Notes under the pieces: generated by a model
Seen by the model: only the letters and a program-made list of their open reading frames with translations
Told to the model about the DNA's origin: nothing
Database searches by the model: none
Shown here: positions 10,157 through 19,630 of the stretch, one piece after another
Position numbering within the stretch: the first letter of the stretch is position 1
Layout of the letters: each line of letters starts with the position of its first letter
Source of the DNA: a virus
Lineage: Duplodnaviria > Caudoviricetes
Strand: one strand, 5' to 3'
DNA: 64,000 bases
Virus record (IMG/VR): IMGVR_UViG_2974512537_000001
Span: 17,077-81,076 of that record
Made by a program: the position numbers and the translations under genes

Positions 10157-10591
10157 TTGGGTTTACAACATTATGGTAATAAAATTAAAGAAAATGGTAT
10201 TACGTTTGATTCTCAAAAAGAATATGATTTCTATGATAGGTTTTTGAGGAACTCTGATGTTGAATCAATCACTATACATGAGAAGTTTAATTTATTAGAA
10301 AAGAACGTTATTAACGACAAAATCACATTGCGTGGCATTACCTACCGACCAGATTTCGTGGTACGAGATAAAGGAATTATTAAACACGTATATGACGTAA
10401 AGAACGGATTCACACCTTATGCGATTGACCGTGGAGCAGGAATTGTATTCAAACTATTCGCCAAGCAATATGGTATTCCTGTTGAAGTCGTTGTTGTAAG
10501 GAAACATGATTTTAAAACAAAGGTTCTTGGTACAACTAAAAAATATGATATTAAGATTCACGAAAATATAAAATACGACTGGAGCGAATAA
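10157..10591 (+). CDS. DUF1064-like PD-(D/E)XK endonuclease
   Basis: GITFDSQKE, YRPDF, YDVKNG motifs. Confidence 0.75.
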   Translation: MGLQHYGNKIKENGITFDSQKEYDFYDRFLRNSDVESITIHEKFNLLEKNVINDKITLRGITYRPDFVVRDKGIIKHVYDVKNGFTPYAIDRGAGIVFKLFAKQYGIPVEVVVVRKHDFKTKVLGTTKKYDIKIHENIKYDWSE

Positions 10592-10593
10592 AA

Positions 10594-10911
10594 ATGTTTA
10601 GACGATTTGAAGGGGCGTTAAACGGCGTCACTTTATTTGACTTAAAAAAGATTTTCTTTGAAAACTACTATGACCAAACGCACAATGCAGAACAGCGTGT
10701 TGCAGACTGCAAAAAGTTCCTTGAAGAACAAAGCAATGGATTTTTCGGTGAATATTTCAGCTCTCAATTCTTAGTGTCTACCCCTAAAGACCAAGTTGAG
10801 TCTGAAAACGACAATGTTTCTCACTTCCTAGAGGTTGTAGCGACCTACGTTATCTTAGGTGATAGTGAAGATTATCCTTTGGATAAAGAATTATTTGCAA
10901 GAAATTTGTAA
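10594..10911 (+). CDS. hypothetical protein
   Basis: ORF coupled to the upstream gene. Confidence 0.6.
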   Translation: MFRRFEGALNGVTLFDLKKIFFENYYDQTHNAEQRVADCKKFLEEQSNGFFGEYFSSQFLVSTPKDQVESENDNVSHFLEVVATYVILGDSEDYPLDKELFARNL

Positions 10912-11123
10912 AAATGGTTGACTTTTTAATAAGAAAGTGTTAATATATAATCGTAATAAGATAAATATAAGGAGTGATAATGATGGTTAAAGAACCTGTT
11001 GCTTAAAAGCTGGATAATCGGTTAGTCGAAAAATAAATTTAAAAAGTGCTTGACTTATGTTTTAATCAATGTTATAATTATGAAGTAAAGTTGAATAAGA
11101 AAAAATATTGGGAGGAATTTTAT

Positions 11124-12107
11124 ATGACTGAACTTAAAGAATTAAAGGGCAATCAACTTTCAGTAACTGGTACTTTAGCTGAAAAATCACTTGAATTATC
11201 AACTGACCGTGATGGTAATGAAATTATTAAGGGATATATTCGTGTTCAAGTAGAACAAAACAATCGAGTAAACGTAGTTACTTTCAACGTATACAACCGC
11301 AAGTTCACTCGTAGTGGTTCTGAAAATAAATTGTTTGCTGGTTTTGTTACTGTTATGAATCAATACAAATCCTTACAGGACACTAACGGCAACAAAGACG
11401 AAGCAGACCGAGTTCAAATTATCGGTGATTTATCATACAACGTTTATTCATCTGATGGTGAAACCGTTCGTGAATCAAATCGTTTCCGTGCAACGACATG
11501 CCACCGTGTAAATGGTCAAGATTTAGAAGATGACACTTACGGTAGCATTCCGGCAGTTATTGAAAGCTATGACGAAGACCTTGACAAGGACGGAAATCCA
11601 ACTGGTTTATGGAAAGTTAAAGCATTCACTGTGGGTTATAATGGTCGAGTTGGTCGTGTAATGGACTTAAAGATTGCTAGTGAATTGGCGTCTGAAATGC
11701 AAGGTGCATTCCCAGAAGGAACTACCGGCGTACTTTACTACAATATTTTGAACTATGTTGTCGTTAAGAAGCAAAATGTTGACAATGATGGCGGTGGTTC
11801 ATTTGGTCAAATTCATGCAGTTGTTCAATCAAATTCTTATGTTCGTCAATTGTTAATCGTTGGTGGTGCACCGTTAGAAAATGATGAATTAGCACTTACG
11901 GAAGACCAAATCCAAAAGGCTCACGAGGAATTACGCAAACAACGTACAGAAGCAATTTCACGTGCAAACAACAAGCCAACTGCCCCTGTTAAAAACACTC
12001 AACCAGTTCGTCAAGGCGGATTTGGTAGCGCAGTAAAGAACGAATCAAACCCGTTTGCTAACAGTGGTGCAGGATTAGAAATTTCTGACGATGACTTGCC
12101 ATTCTAA
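11124..12107 (+). CDS. single-stranded DNA-binding protein
   Basis: OB-fold-like body and acidic tail ending DDDLPF; GGGAGGA SD before ATG 11124. Confidence 0.75.
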   Translation: MTELKELKGNQLSVTGTLAEKSLELSTDRDGNEIIKGYIRVQVEQNNRVNVVTFNVYNRKFTRSGSENKLFAGFVTVMNQYKSLQDTNGNKDEADRVQIIGDLSYNVYSSDGETVRESNRFRATTCHRVNGQDLEDDTYGSIPAVIESYDEDLDKDGNPTGLWKVKAFTVGYNGRVGRVMDLKIASELASEMQGAFPEGTTGVLYYNILNYVVVKKQNVDNDGGGSFGQIHAVVQSNSYVRQLLIVGGAPLENDELALTEDQIQKAHEELRKQRTEAISRANNKPTAPVKNTQPVRQGGFGSAVKNESNPFANSGAGLEISDDDLPF

Positions 12108-12167
12108 GATTTGATTGCGATGTTAATGTCCAAGCATAGTTTTTAAAAATAGGAGGAAAACACGATA

Positions 12168-13211
12168 ATGATTGATTTAACGAAGATTGAACCTAACAAA
12201 GTTTCTACTGACCCTTCAAGTTACAGCTTATTGCTGTACGGGCCGTCTAAGATTGGTAAGACGACCTTTGTGCAAGAACTGTTCCCTAAAGTGCTTCATA
12301 TCATGACTGAAAAGCGTTACGGCGCTTTAGATGGTGCGATGGTTCAATATGTGTCTAGCTGGAGTGAATTTAAACAAGTTCTATCGCAGTTAAAGCGTAA
12401 AGAAGTTCAAGAAATGTTTGACGCCATCTCAATTGACACAATCGAAAACCTGTACCGTTATGCAGATAAATTCACGGCTTCTCAATTTGACGAATTTAGT
12501 GTTGGTGATGGTAATGTTGGATATGGGCGTGACCATACACGCCTAAACGAAGTTTGGTTCCGTGGTTTGAAAGAATTAGAATCATTACCTTACACGAATA
12601 TCTTTGTTTCGCACTCAATTGAAAAGATTGTAAAAATGCCGTATATCAACTCTGCTGAATTTAATTCAATTCCTGACGCTGTCGTATCACAAGAAAGCGA
12701 TGGAACAGAAATGGTTGAATTTACAAAGATTGTTCCTGACTTGAAAGAAAAAGCATTGGGGCCGGTTACTAAGATGGTTGATAACGTATTGTACGCTGAA
12801 AACAACTTAGTAAACGGTAAAGAACAACGGGTATTACACTTACGTGGAACGCTTCAATATGAAGCTGGTACAACATTCAAAGGTGTTAAACCGATTATTC
12901 CATTCACTGCCGAATCGTATAAAGAAGAAGTTAAACGGGTTCTCGGTGGCAACTATGAAAAGACAACTGACAAGAAAGTCTTACACGCTGACACCAAGGA
13001 CGTTGAATATGACTTTGATGACTTGCTAGAAAAGACCAAAGAAGTCGCAATCTTGTTCCAAAAGAACAACGACATTAAGACTTTGACAACAATTGTTGAA
13101 AAGACCTTAGGTAAAGGTAACAAGGTTAACGATTTAAACGAGGGTCGTGTTGAAGACCTAGCAATCATCTTGGCAGACTTGACCGAAGCCGCAGAAAAGA
13201 AAGGATATTAA
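12168..13211 (+). CDS. AAA-family NTP-binding protein (Sak4-like)
   Basis: YGPSKIGKTT Walker A, ISIDTI Walker B, IFVSHS; adjacent to SSB. Confidence 0.75.
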   Translation: MIDLTKIEPNKVSTDPSSYSLLLYGPSKIGKTTFVQELFPKVLHIMTEKRYGALDGAMVQYVSSWSEFKQVLSQLKRKEVQEMFDAISIDTIENLYRYADKFTASQFDEFSVGDGNVGYGRDHTRLNEVWFRGLKELESLPYTNIFVSHSIEKIVKMPYINSAEFNSIPDAVVSQESDGTEMVEFTKIVPDLKEKALGPVTKMVDNVLYAENNLVNGKEQRVLHLRGTLQYEAGTTFKGVKPIIPFTAESYKEEVKRVLGGNYEKTTDKKVLHADTKDVEYDFDDLLEKTKEVAILFQKNNDIKTLTTIVEKTLGKGNKVNDLNEGRVEDLAIILADLTEAAEKKGY

Positions 13212-13217
13212 AAACTA

Positions 13218-14450
13218 ATGGCAACTTACACAGACAACAAAGGCAAAACGCATGAAATTGACGATATTGGGCTGGAAACAGCCTCTCGGTATAAGACTGA
13301 ATTACAACGTGAAAACGGACGGGCTAACTGGGGCAAAGTAGCCCGTTTGTTGCGACAAGATGGTTATGACGCAAAGCAATGCGAAGGGTTGCGACAACTG
13401 GTAAAGAAATATCAACGTAGAACTGGCGTATTAAAGTCATCTAAGGAACAGCGTTCCTTGGAATTAGACCACAAACGTAATGCTCTTGATAAAGAAATTG
13501 ATGAAATGTTGCTGGAAAAGCGTGAATTACAATTAATGCGGCGTGAATTTAATAAGAGTCGCCGTGACTATGCTGATATGGAATTATTCAAGCGTGACGT
13601 AAAGCGGTCATTAAAAGATGGCATTACAGTCGTTCCTAACGAACTGGATTACCCTGTTGTAAAACCGCTAAGTGACGGAAGCGTATTAATTGTTGCGTTG
13701 TCAGACCTCCATATTGGAGCTAAAGTTGATGTAGATGGTTACAAATATGATGAAGACATTGCTAAAGATAAATTATCTGAATATGCAGACAAGGTAATTC
13801 GATATGCTAGTTTTTCTAAGTTCGGTGCGATTTACATTGAGAACTTAGGCGATTCTATCGAAGGTGCCTACATGAGAAACAATCAATCATACGAAATTAC
13901 GATGAAGCTGTCTGAACAAATTAATACGGCGATTAAATTGGTTTCAGAATTTGTTGTCAATATCGCTAAGAACACTGGCATTCCAGTTATTTATTCGGGT
14001 ATCTTAGGCAATCACGACCGTGCCAACGGTAATAAAAAGGATAACTTGCCTGATGATGGCTTTTCAACAGTGCTGAATGAGGCCATTAAGCTGATTGCAG
14101 AACAAACTTCTTATGATATTACCGTAAAAGAGCCTGATAAAGTTACCGAAGACCATTTGAGTGTCAATGGAAACAATATCAAGTTCGTACACGGCGACCT
14201 TCATAACCTTGCTAAAGCTGAAACATTGGCAACGTCTTCACAATTCGACAGCATGTTATATGACGCAATTTTAGGTGGACACTTCCACAGTATGTCGATA
14301 CGTGAGGAATCTGGGCTAGTTATTCAATCTGGTAGCGTCATTGGCCCTACGAGTTATTCAGAACGACTGCACTATCGAGCCTCACGCTCACAAGTTATGT
14401 TAGATGTAAGTAGTGATGGAACGGTTACTCCGTTACCAGTTATTTTATAA
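13218..14450 (+). CDS. calcineurin-like metallophosphoesterase with N-terminal helical region
   Basis: SDLHIG, LGD, GNHD, HGD and GHFH motifs all present. Confidence 0.8.
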   Translation: MATYTDNKGKTHEIDDIGLETASRYKTELQRENGRANWGKVARLLRQDGYDAKQCEGLRQLVKKYQRRTGVLKSSKEQRSLELDHKRNALDKEIDEMLLEKRELQLMRREFNKSRRDYADMELFKRDVKRSLKDGITVVPNELDYPVVKPLSDGSVLIVALSDLHIGAKVDVDGYKYDEDIAKDKLSEYADKVIRYASFSKFGAIYIENLGDSIEGAYMRNNQSYEITMKLSEQINTAIKLVSEFVVNIAKNTGIPVIYSGILGNHDRANGNKKDNLPDDGFSTVLNEAIKLIAEQTSYDITVKEPDKVTEDHLSVNGNNIKFVHGDLHNLAKAETLATSSQFDSMLYDAILGGHFHSMSIREESGLVIQSGSVIGPTSYSERLHYRASRSQVMLDVSSDGTVTPLPVIL

Positions 14451-14489
14451 AAACTGATAGAACACAAAATAGAAAGAGGTATAAAAACT

Positions 14490-15227
14490 TTGGAAAATAA
14501 AAATTTAAGTTACAATCCAGAATCTGTTAGTCGAGTATTTAATTGGCATTGGTACAAAGACCAGATGACCGGCTGGACAAAATCCAGCTATGTCTTGCTG
14601 GTAATTGGTTGGCTGTTCCTATTATATGTTGGTCTTGGTCATGGAATTACTGGTTTGGGAGTAACTTCAACGATTGCCGGGTTGATTGGTTTTACTTGTA
14701 CGTTAAGTATCACGAATGGACGTCCTATCAACGGTGTTCTGGGCTTCGTTTCTGCGGCTATGCTGATTTACGTGGCATTAAAGACAGGGAACTTCTCTGA
14801 TATTGTTATGCAAGGCTTCTATATCTTCCTGTTGGACTTGCCGGTGCTATTTAATAAGACTTGGAATAATGGTAAAGATTTAGAACCTCGTAAGATGAAC
14901 TCCAAGTTCGCTTTGCAGACAGCATTAACTTTCGTTGGTTTCTTTATCGTGACATACGGTCTTGATACGGTTATCTTAACGAGTCCTCGTCCGTTTATTG
15001 ACGCATTTGCCGCTACTATCGGTCTTACTGGGGCAATCTTAACCGTTCGCCGTTTCCGTGCTTCTTACTACTTCTGGTTTGCACAAGGTCTTAGTTCAGT
15101 CGCATTGTGGTTGGTAACTGCTATGCAAGGAGAAGCTGTTTGGGTTCTGTTCTTTACCTACATGCTATATATTATGAACGACCTTGTAGCGTTCTTTGAC
15201 AGTAAGTGGTTTGCAAAGAAAAAATAA
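14490..15227 (+). CDS. pnuC: PnuC-family nucleoside/nicotinamide riboside transporter
   Basis: About seven TM helices; G.FSD..MQ.FY, DA....IG..GAIL, WF.Q....V.LW pattern. Confidence 0.8.
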   Translation: MENKNLSYNPESVSRVFNWHWYKDQMTGWTKSSYVLLVIGWLFLLYVGLGHGITGLGVTSTIAGLIGFTCTLSITNGRPINGVLGFVSAAMLIYVALKTGNFSDIVMQGFYIFLLDLPVLFNKTWNNGKDLEPRKMNSKFALQTALTFVGFFIVTYGLDTVILTSPRPFIDAFAATIGLTGAILTVRRFRASYYFWFAQGLSSVALWLVTAMQGEAVWVLFFTYMLYIMNDLVAFFDSKWFAKKK

Positions 15228-15305
15228 AAATTGAATAATTGTGGTTGTAAAACCTCCTTATCTGATGTATAATATAGTTACATTAAAGATGAGGAGGTTT
15301 TTTGT

Positions 15306-15821
15306 ATGGAAAAAGAAGTTTGGAAGCCAATATTGGGTTATCCTAATTATGAAGTATCTAGCCTTGGTAGGGTTAGGTCAATTACTAGAAAAGTTAAAAC
15401 AAGAGGAAACGGAACCAGAACCGTCAAGTCTAAAATAATCTCACAAGACACAACTGGAAGGTATCATATGGTGACGCTATACAAAAATGGCGTGCCAAAA
15501 AATGTATCTGTTCATAGACAAGTAGCTCTGGCTTTTATTGATAACCCAGACAATAAGGAAACTGTTGACCATATTGATAGAAATAAAGATAATAACAGGG
15601 CGTCCAATCTTAGGTGGGCGAGCAGGCTAGAACAAGAGAAAAACAAGACATTCCCACAAAGAGAAATATATGCAATCAAAGATAATAGAAAAATGAAATA
15701 TTCTGGGGTTAATGATTGTGCAAGAAGACTTGGACTTAGCGCCTCAAAAATAAGTGCTTGTTTGAGAGGTAGAAGAAATACACATGGTGGGTATCACTTT
15801 TGCGAGTGCAACAAGAAATAA
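15306..15821 (+). CDS. free-standing HNH homing endonuclease (NUMOD4-HNH-NUMOD1)
   Basis: EVWKPI.GYPNYEVSSLGRVRS; VHR.VA.AF, VDHIDRNK.NN...NLRW; C-terminal HTH. Confidence 0.9.
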   Translation: MEKEVWKPILGYPNYEVSSLGRVRSITRKVKTRGNGTRTVKSKIISQDTTGRYHMVTLYKNGVPKNVSVHRQVALAFIDNPDNKETVDHIDRNKDNNRASNLRWASRLEQEKNKTFPQREIYAIKDNRKMKYSGVNDCARRLGLSASKISACLRGRRNTHGGYHFCECNKK

Positions 15822-15914
15822 AAATAATTTAATTATGGGCTTGACTATAAGCACAAATCATGATATAATTACAGATGTAATAAGGATTTGAAAAAGAAAG
15901 GAAAAGTGATTGTG

Positions 15915-16256
15915 ATGGGTAATGAAGAAGAATATATTAGAGAGCTAGAACAACAGGTTGATGACCTTGAAGCTGAAAATGATTCACTTGGCACTGAGCT
16001 TGATAATAGCGAGATTGATAACCAAGAATTATCACGAGAATATGATTCTCTTGAACAAGACTATGATGATTTGTATAAGGAAAACGTCAAATTAAGAGAA
16101 AGGCTTGAAAACTCTAATGTACCTGAAATTATCAATGATATTCATTCCATGATTGGTAATGGTATTTCTTACACAGAATTTAAGAAGATTGCAGATATGT
16201 TGTCAATTAAGTATTCTATTAAGGAGCCAATATTTGGTTTAGATTATGGTGAATAA
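15915..16256 (+). CDS. acidic coiled-coil protein, paralog 1
   Basis: Heptad repeats; C-terminal IGNGI...FKKIADML...YSIK.PI.GLDY shared with the next gene. Confidence 0.7.
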   Translation: MGNEEEYIRELEQQVDDLEAENDSLGTELDNSEIDNQELSREYDSLEQDYDDLYKENVKLRERLENSNVPEIINDIHSMIGNGISYTEFKKIADMLSIKYSIKEPIFGLDYGE

Positions 16257-16327
16257 TACAGACGTTAACCGTGTTAAAATGTATTCGCAATGAGGATAAT
16301 GTTTGAAAAGAAAGGAAAGTGTTAAAA

Positions 16328-16678
16328 ATGACCGATAAAGAGCGAATTGTAAAGTTGGAACGCCAATTGGCTGACGCTACTGCTGACATTAAAATTTTAG
16401 AGGAAGAAAATGAAAGCCTCCAAAACGAAGTTGAAGACGTTGAAAAAGACAATCAAGCGTTGAGCGTCTGTTATGAACTTCTGGGGCAAGACTATGACGA
16501 CTTATACCGTGAATACGATGAATTAGCTAACGGTGATAATCGCACTGTACATGTAATTATTGATAAGATTCATGAACTAATTGGTAATGGTATTACGGCA
16601 GGTGATTTCAAACGTATTGCCGATATGCTGGCAACCGAATATTCTATTAAGGGGCCTATCTGCGGCCTAGATTATTAA
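16328..16678 (+). CDS. acidic coiled-coil protein, paralog 2
   Basis: Clear tandem paralog of 15915-16256. Confidence 0.7.
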   Translation: MTDKERIVKLERQLADATADIKILEEENESLQNEVEDVEKDNQALSVCYELLGQDYDDLYREYDELANGDNRTVHVIIDKIHELIGNGITAGDFKRIADMLATEYSIKGPICGLDY

Positions 16679-16691
16679 AGAGGTGGCTGAC

Positions 16692-16850
16692 ATGGAAGAC
16701 AGTAGGTTGGAATTAGCTCAACAGCTATGGTATTATCAAGACAGAGTTGCTGAACTAGAGGAACAATTAGATGAGCTTAAACTAGAAAACGATGACTTGC
16801 GTTATGAATTGTATGAATTAATGAAAGGTGATAAAAATGGAAAAAAATAA
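16692..16850 (+). CDS. 52 aa acidic coiled-coil protein (not in ORF track)
   Basis: Hand-translated MEDSRLELAQQLWYYQDRVAELEEQLDELKLENDDLRYEL...; GAGGTG SD. Confidence 0.6.
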   Translation: MEDSRLELAQQLWYYQDRVAELEEQLDELKLENDDLRYELYELMKGDKNGKK

Positions 16851-17154
16851 AAAACAGATTCGAGTAGATTTATATACTAAGAAAAACTGCGGTCAATGTC
16901 GAATGACAAAGAAACTTCTCGACCACTACGATATTGCTTACTTTGAAACCGACATTTCAGCCTTGTCAGAAGATGAAATTAACAACTTAAAGGACGAGGG
17001 ATTCTGGCAGGCTCCTATTGTTTCATTTCGTTATTTGGAAACTGGCAAGAGTGCTCGGTGGTCACAGACTGGTATGTGGGGAGGCTTCCAACCAGACGCA
17101 ATTAAAAAGTTAGCAGTCCTATATGGTACTAAACGTAATAAGGCGGTGGAATAA
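16837..17154 (+). CDS. nrdH: NrdH-like glutaredoxin
   Basis: LYTKKNCGQC, QAPIV, WGGFQPDAI. Confidence 0.85.
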   Translation: MEKNKKQIRVDLYTKKNCGQCRMTKKLLDHYDIAYFETDISALSEDEINNLKDEGFWQAPIVSFRYLETGKSARWSQTGMWGGFQPDAIKKLAVLYGTKRNKAVE

Positions 17155-17156
17155 TA

Positions 17157-17486
17157 ATGAGCGTGAAAGATTATTTGTTAGATAATTTTGATGATATTGC
17201 CGGCGATGGCGACTTTGTTGTTGTGTTAAACAAGCCGGGATATAACAAACTAATTTCTGTAATCATTGCCAAACAAGACGCCGATACGTTTATGAAAGAC
17301 ATTGAGGATTTTACAGACGATGATTTGGTCTTCAATGATAATACGGCACTTCTGGCGATTGCACGGCTGACAGATGGTAGTTCGTCAGTTGATTCTATTA
17401 CTGACGATTATCAAGATTTCATTGAATATGGAACGTTGCCATCAATTTACGCCTTGATGAAGTTCAGCGAAGATTTTGGAAATTGA
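17157..17486 (+). CDS. acidic hypothetical protein
   Basis: Coupled ORF, very Asp-rich. Confidence 0.65.
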   Translation: MSVKDYLLDNFDDIAGDGDFVVVLNKPGYNKLISVIIAKQDADTFMKDIEDFTDDDLVFNDNTALLAIARLTDGSSSVDSITDDYQDFIEYGTLPSIYALMKFSEDFGN

Positions 17487-17505
17487 GATAAAATAGGGGG
17501 TAGCA

Positions 17506-18120
17506 ATGAATAAAAAGAAGTTATTACTTGGAGCACTTATGATTTCGCTTGCAGTTGTTTTAGGAGGCTGTCAATTTGCAGATAGCTGGTTATCGGACTT
17601 TAAGCAACAAACCTATGGATTGCCTATGACGGTACAAACATATGACTACAATGCACAAAAAATTGACACTATACACGGGAAATCATTGTCGATTGCACGA
17701 GATAAAGAGTTTGACCAAGTAAATGAAAATGGCGAAACATCTAAGGCTTCATCTGTGCTTAATATTACATTAGGCGGAAAACAAATCACTCACGTAGGCA
17801 GTAGTTTAATCGCCTACCAAGATGGATTGACTAACGTACTTGACAAATATCCAAAGCGATATAACGTTACTAACAATAATAGTTCAGTTCCGTTTATGAA
17901 CCGCTTTGTAAACAAGTATCAGAACTATTTTACAGGTTCTAGTAAGGTTGTTCTTATTCGCTCACAAGCCGGCCAGCCAATTGCTACTTTCGCTGGTGAT
18001 ACAGTTAGTTATAAGTCAACAGAGGTTCCTAGTAGCACGTCACTTTTGATTGATGGCAAGCGACTATTTATCTACCGTTGCGATTATACTATCTACACAA
18101 CCAACACATTACTAAAGTAA
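17506..18120 (+). CDS. lipoprotein (DUF5052-like)
   Basis: Basic N-terminus, hydrophobic core, lipobox LGGC. Confidence 0.7.
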   Translation: MNKKKLLLGALMISLAVVLGGCQFADSWLSDFKQQTYGLPMTVQTYDYNAQKIDTIHGKSLSIARDKEFDQVNENGETSKASSVLNITLGGKQITHVGSSLIAYQDGLTNVLDKYPKRYNVTNNNSSVPFMNRFVNKYQNYFTGSSKVVLIRSQAGQPIATFAGDTVSYKSTEVPSSTSLLIDGKRLFIYRCDYTIYTTNTLLK

Positions 18121-18186
18121 CTGGTCATCAACAGGAATGCGAATAAGGCAGAACACGGACAAACTTAGTAAACAGGAGGAAATACA

Positions 18187-18381
18187 ATGTACCAATACAA
18201 AGATGGGCCTTTGGGTATCACGATTATTTTAGGACACGTTACTAGTGTCTTCTATAATAAATTTGCAGATACATTTGATGTTTATTTAACGGATAATGAC
18301 GAACCAAATGAAATTCCAAATAAGTTTTATGACGACTTTATGAATAATCTTAATTTATATATTCAAAGTCAGGTCAAGTAA
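18187..18381 (+). CDS. hypothetical protein
   Basis: AGGAGG SD. Confidence 0.65.
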   Translation: MYQYKDGPLGITIILGHVTSVFYNKFADTFDVYLTDNDEPNEIPNKFYDDFMNNLNLYIQSQVK

Positions 18382-18400
18382 AAGGAAAGAGGCAATTAAT

Positions 18401-18640
18401 ATGGTTAATAAAGATGAAGCATGTATGGCTATGCCGGACACCGAGCATTCAGACCGTGAAAAGTTAGCTCGTAGCCGTGAAATTAGACATAATAAACAAG
18501 ACGAAGTTCTATCTAAGATGGGCTACACTTGGAACTCGAACGTTAAGGCTTGGTGGTCAGACAACTTAGAGTCATTACCGCTACTTAAAGATAGCGAAGC
18601 ACGTGCTCTAGCAGATGAAATTATTGATTTTGTAATTTGA
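18401..18640 (+). CDS. hypothetical protein
   Basis: GAGG SD, in operon. Confidence 0.6.
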   Translation: MVNKDEACMAMPDTEHSDREKLARSREIRHNKQDEVLSKMGYTWNSNVKAWWSDNLESLPLLKDSEARALADEIIDFVI

Positions 18641-18732
18641 TAACTATAAAGCTTGACAAAGCATATCAGAAATGGTATGCTTTTTACATAGAAAGAAGGA
18701 ATAAAAATGAAAATGTTTGGTGGTTATGAACA

Positions 18733-18921
18733 GTGAACTGGTTTAATAGAAATAAAAAATGCCCGTATTGCACTCAAACAATGCCTTTCATGAATAGAAA
18801 AGGGGTTGAGTTGAGAATTGTATATGGGAACAAACTATTTACAAGTGACGAAAGTAAGCAGGTTAATATCACTATTAACTATTGCCCGATGTGTGGCAGA
18901 AAGCTGAGAGGGGTTAAATGA
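18733..18921 (+). CDS. Zn-ribbon protein
   Basis: CPYC...INYCPMCGRKL; GTG start overlaps the stop of a 9-codon uORF. Confidence 0.6.
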   Translation: MNWFNRNKKCPYCTQTMPFMNRKGVELRIVYGNKLFTSDESKQVNITINYCPMCGRKLRGVK

Positions 18922-18960
18922 TGGAAAATGAAATCTATATTTTGGATAGGAAGTGAAATC

Positions 18961-19188
18961 ATGGAGCCGTTTACCACAGCATGGTATTTAGTGTTACTAG
19001 GAGTGTTTGTTGCATTCGTGTTGGTTGTCATTATTTCCATTGGAATTATGACATCGGAAACAGAAGACGGCGAGCCACTATTCCTAGCTGGGTATTTGTT
19101 ATTGTTTAGCCTTGGAGCGATTTTGGGCTGGGGCGTAGCCGGAGGATTATTAGCTATGTTTGAACATTTTATACTACGCATGGTATAA
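18961..19188 (+). CDS. small membrane protein
   Basis: Two TM helices. Confidence 0.6.
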   Translation: MEPFTTAWYLVLLGVFVAFVLVVIISIGIMTSETEDGEPLFLAGYLLLFSLGAILGWGVAGGLLAMFEHFILRMV

Positions 19189-19205
19189 AAAATGTATTTT
19201 TTAGC

Positions 19206-19234
19206 TTGACAAAAACTGTTTCTGGACGTATAAT
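19206..19234 (+). promoter_or_regulatory. consensus promoter for mazF
   Basis: TTGACA(19206)-17 nt-TATAAT(19229). Confidence 0.8.
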
Positions 19235-19267
19235 GTAATTACAAAATATCAAGGAGGAATTATTACG

Positions 19268-19630
19268 ATGTTAGTAAATAATGAGAGAATTGAACGAGGA
19301 AATGTATACTACGCAGATTTGGGCGAACGGCAAAACAGCCGTGACGCTGTACAGAGAGGACGCCGCCCCGTGTTGGTTGTGTCAAATAACTTGGCAAACA
19401 AATACTCACCAGCAATTACGATTGTGCCGTTGACTACTCGCAACAAGCACCATTTACCAACTCATGTCGAATTTGAATTACCAAATCACGGTGAAATGGT
19501 TTCAAACACGGCGCTTTGTGAGCAAGTTAGAACGATTAATGTTGACCAATTATATTTCAAGATTGGTGTTTTGGACGATGATATTATGAAAGAAGTCAAT
19601 AAGTGTTTGGGGGTGGCATTATCGCTGTGA
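19268..19630 (+). CDS. mazF: MazF/PemK-family endoribonuclease, no adjacent antitoxin
   Basis: RGNVYYADLG...Q.G.RPVLVVSN..ANKYSP.ITIVPLTT, ALCEQVRTI; catalytic Arg and Thr equivalents of B. subtilis EndoA retained. Confidence 0.9.
   Translation: MLVNNERIERGNVYYADLGERQNSRDAVQRGRRPVLVVSNNLANKYSPAITIVPLTTRNKHHLPTHVEFELPNHGEMVSNTALCEQVRTINVDQLYFKIGVLDDDIMKEVNKCLGVALSL

Noticed and set aside
13218-14450. Metallophosphoesterase as an SbcD/Mre11 subunit or anti-defence enzyme
   Set aside because: No SbcC/Rad50 partner in the window; substrate cannot be inferred from the generic motifs.
18685-18690. TACATA at 18685 and 61523 as processing sites
   Set aside because: Both sit at predicted transcription starts just after -10 boxes and lack an upstream hairpin. 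They are counted as non-coding occurrences but are weak evidence for cleavage.
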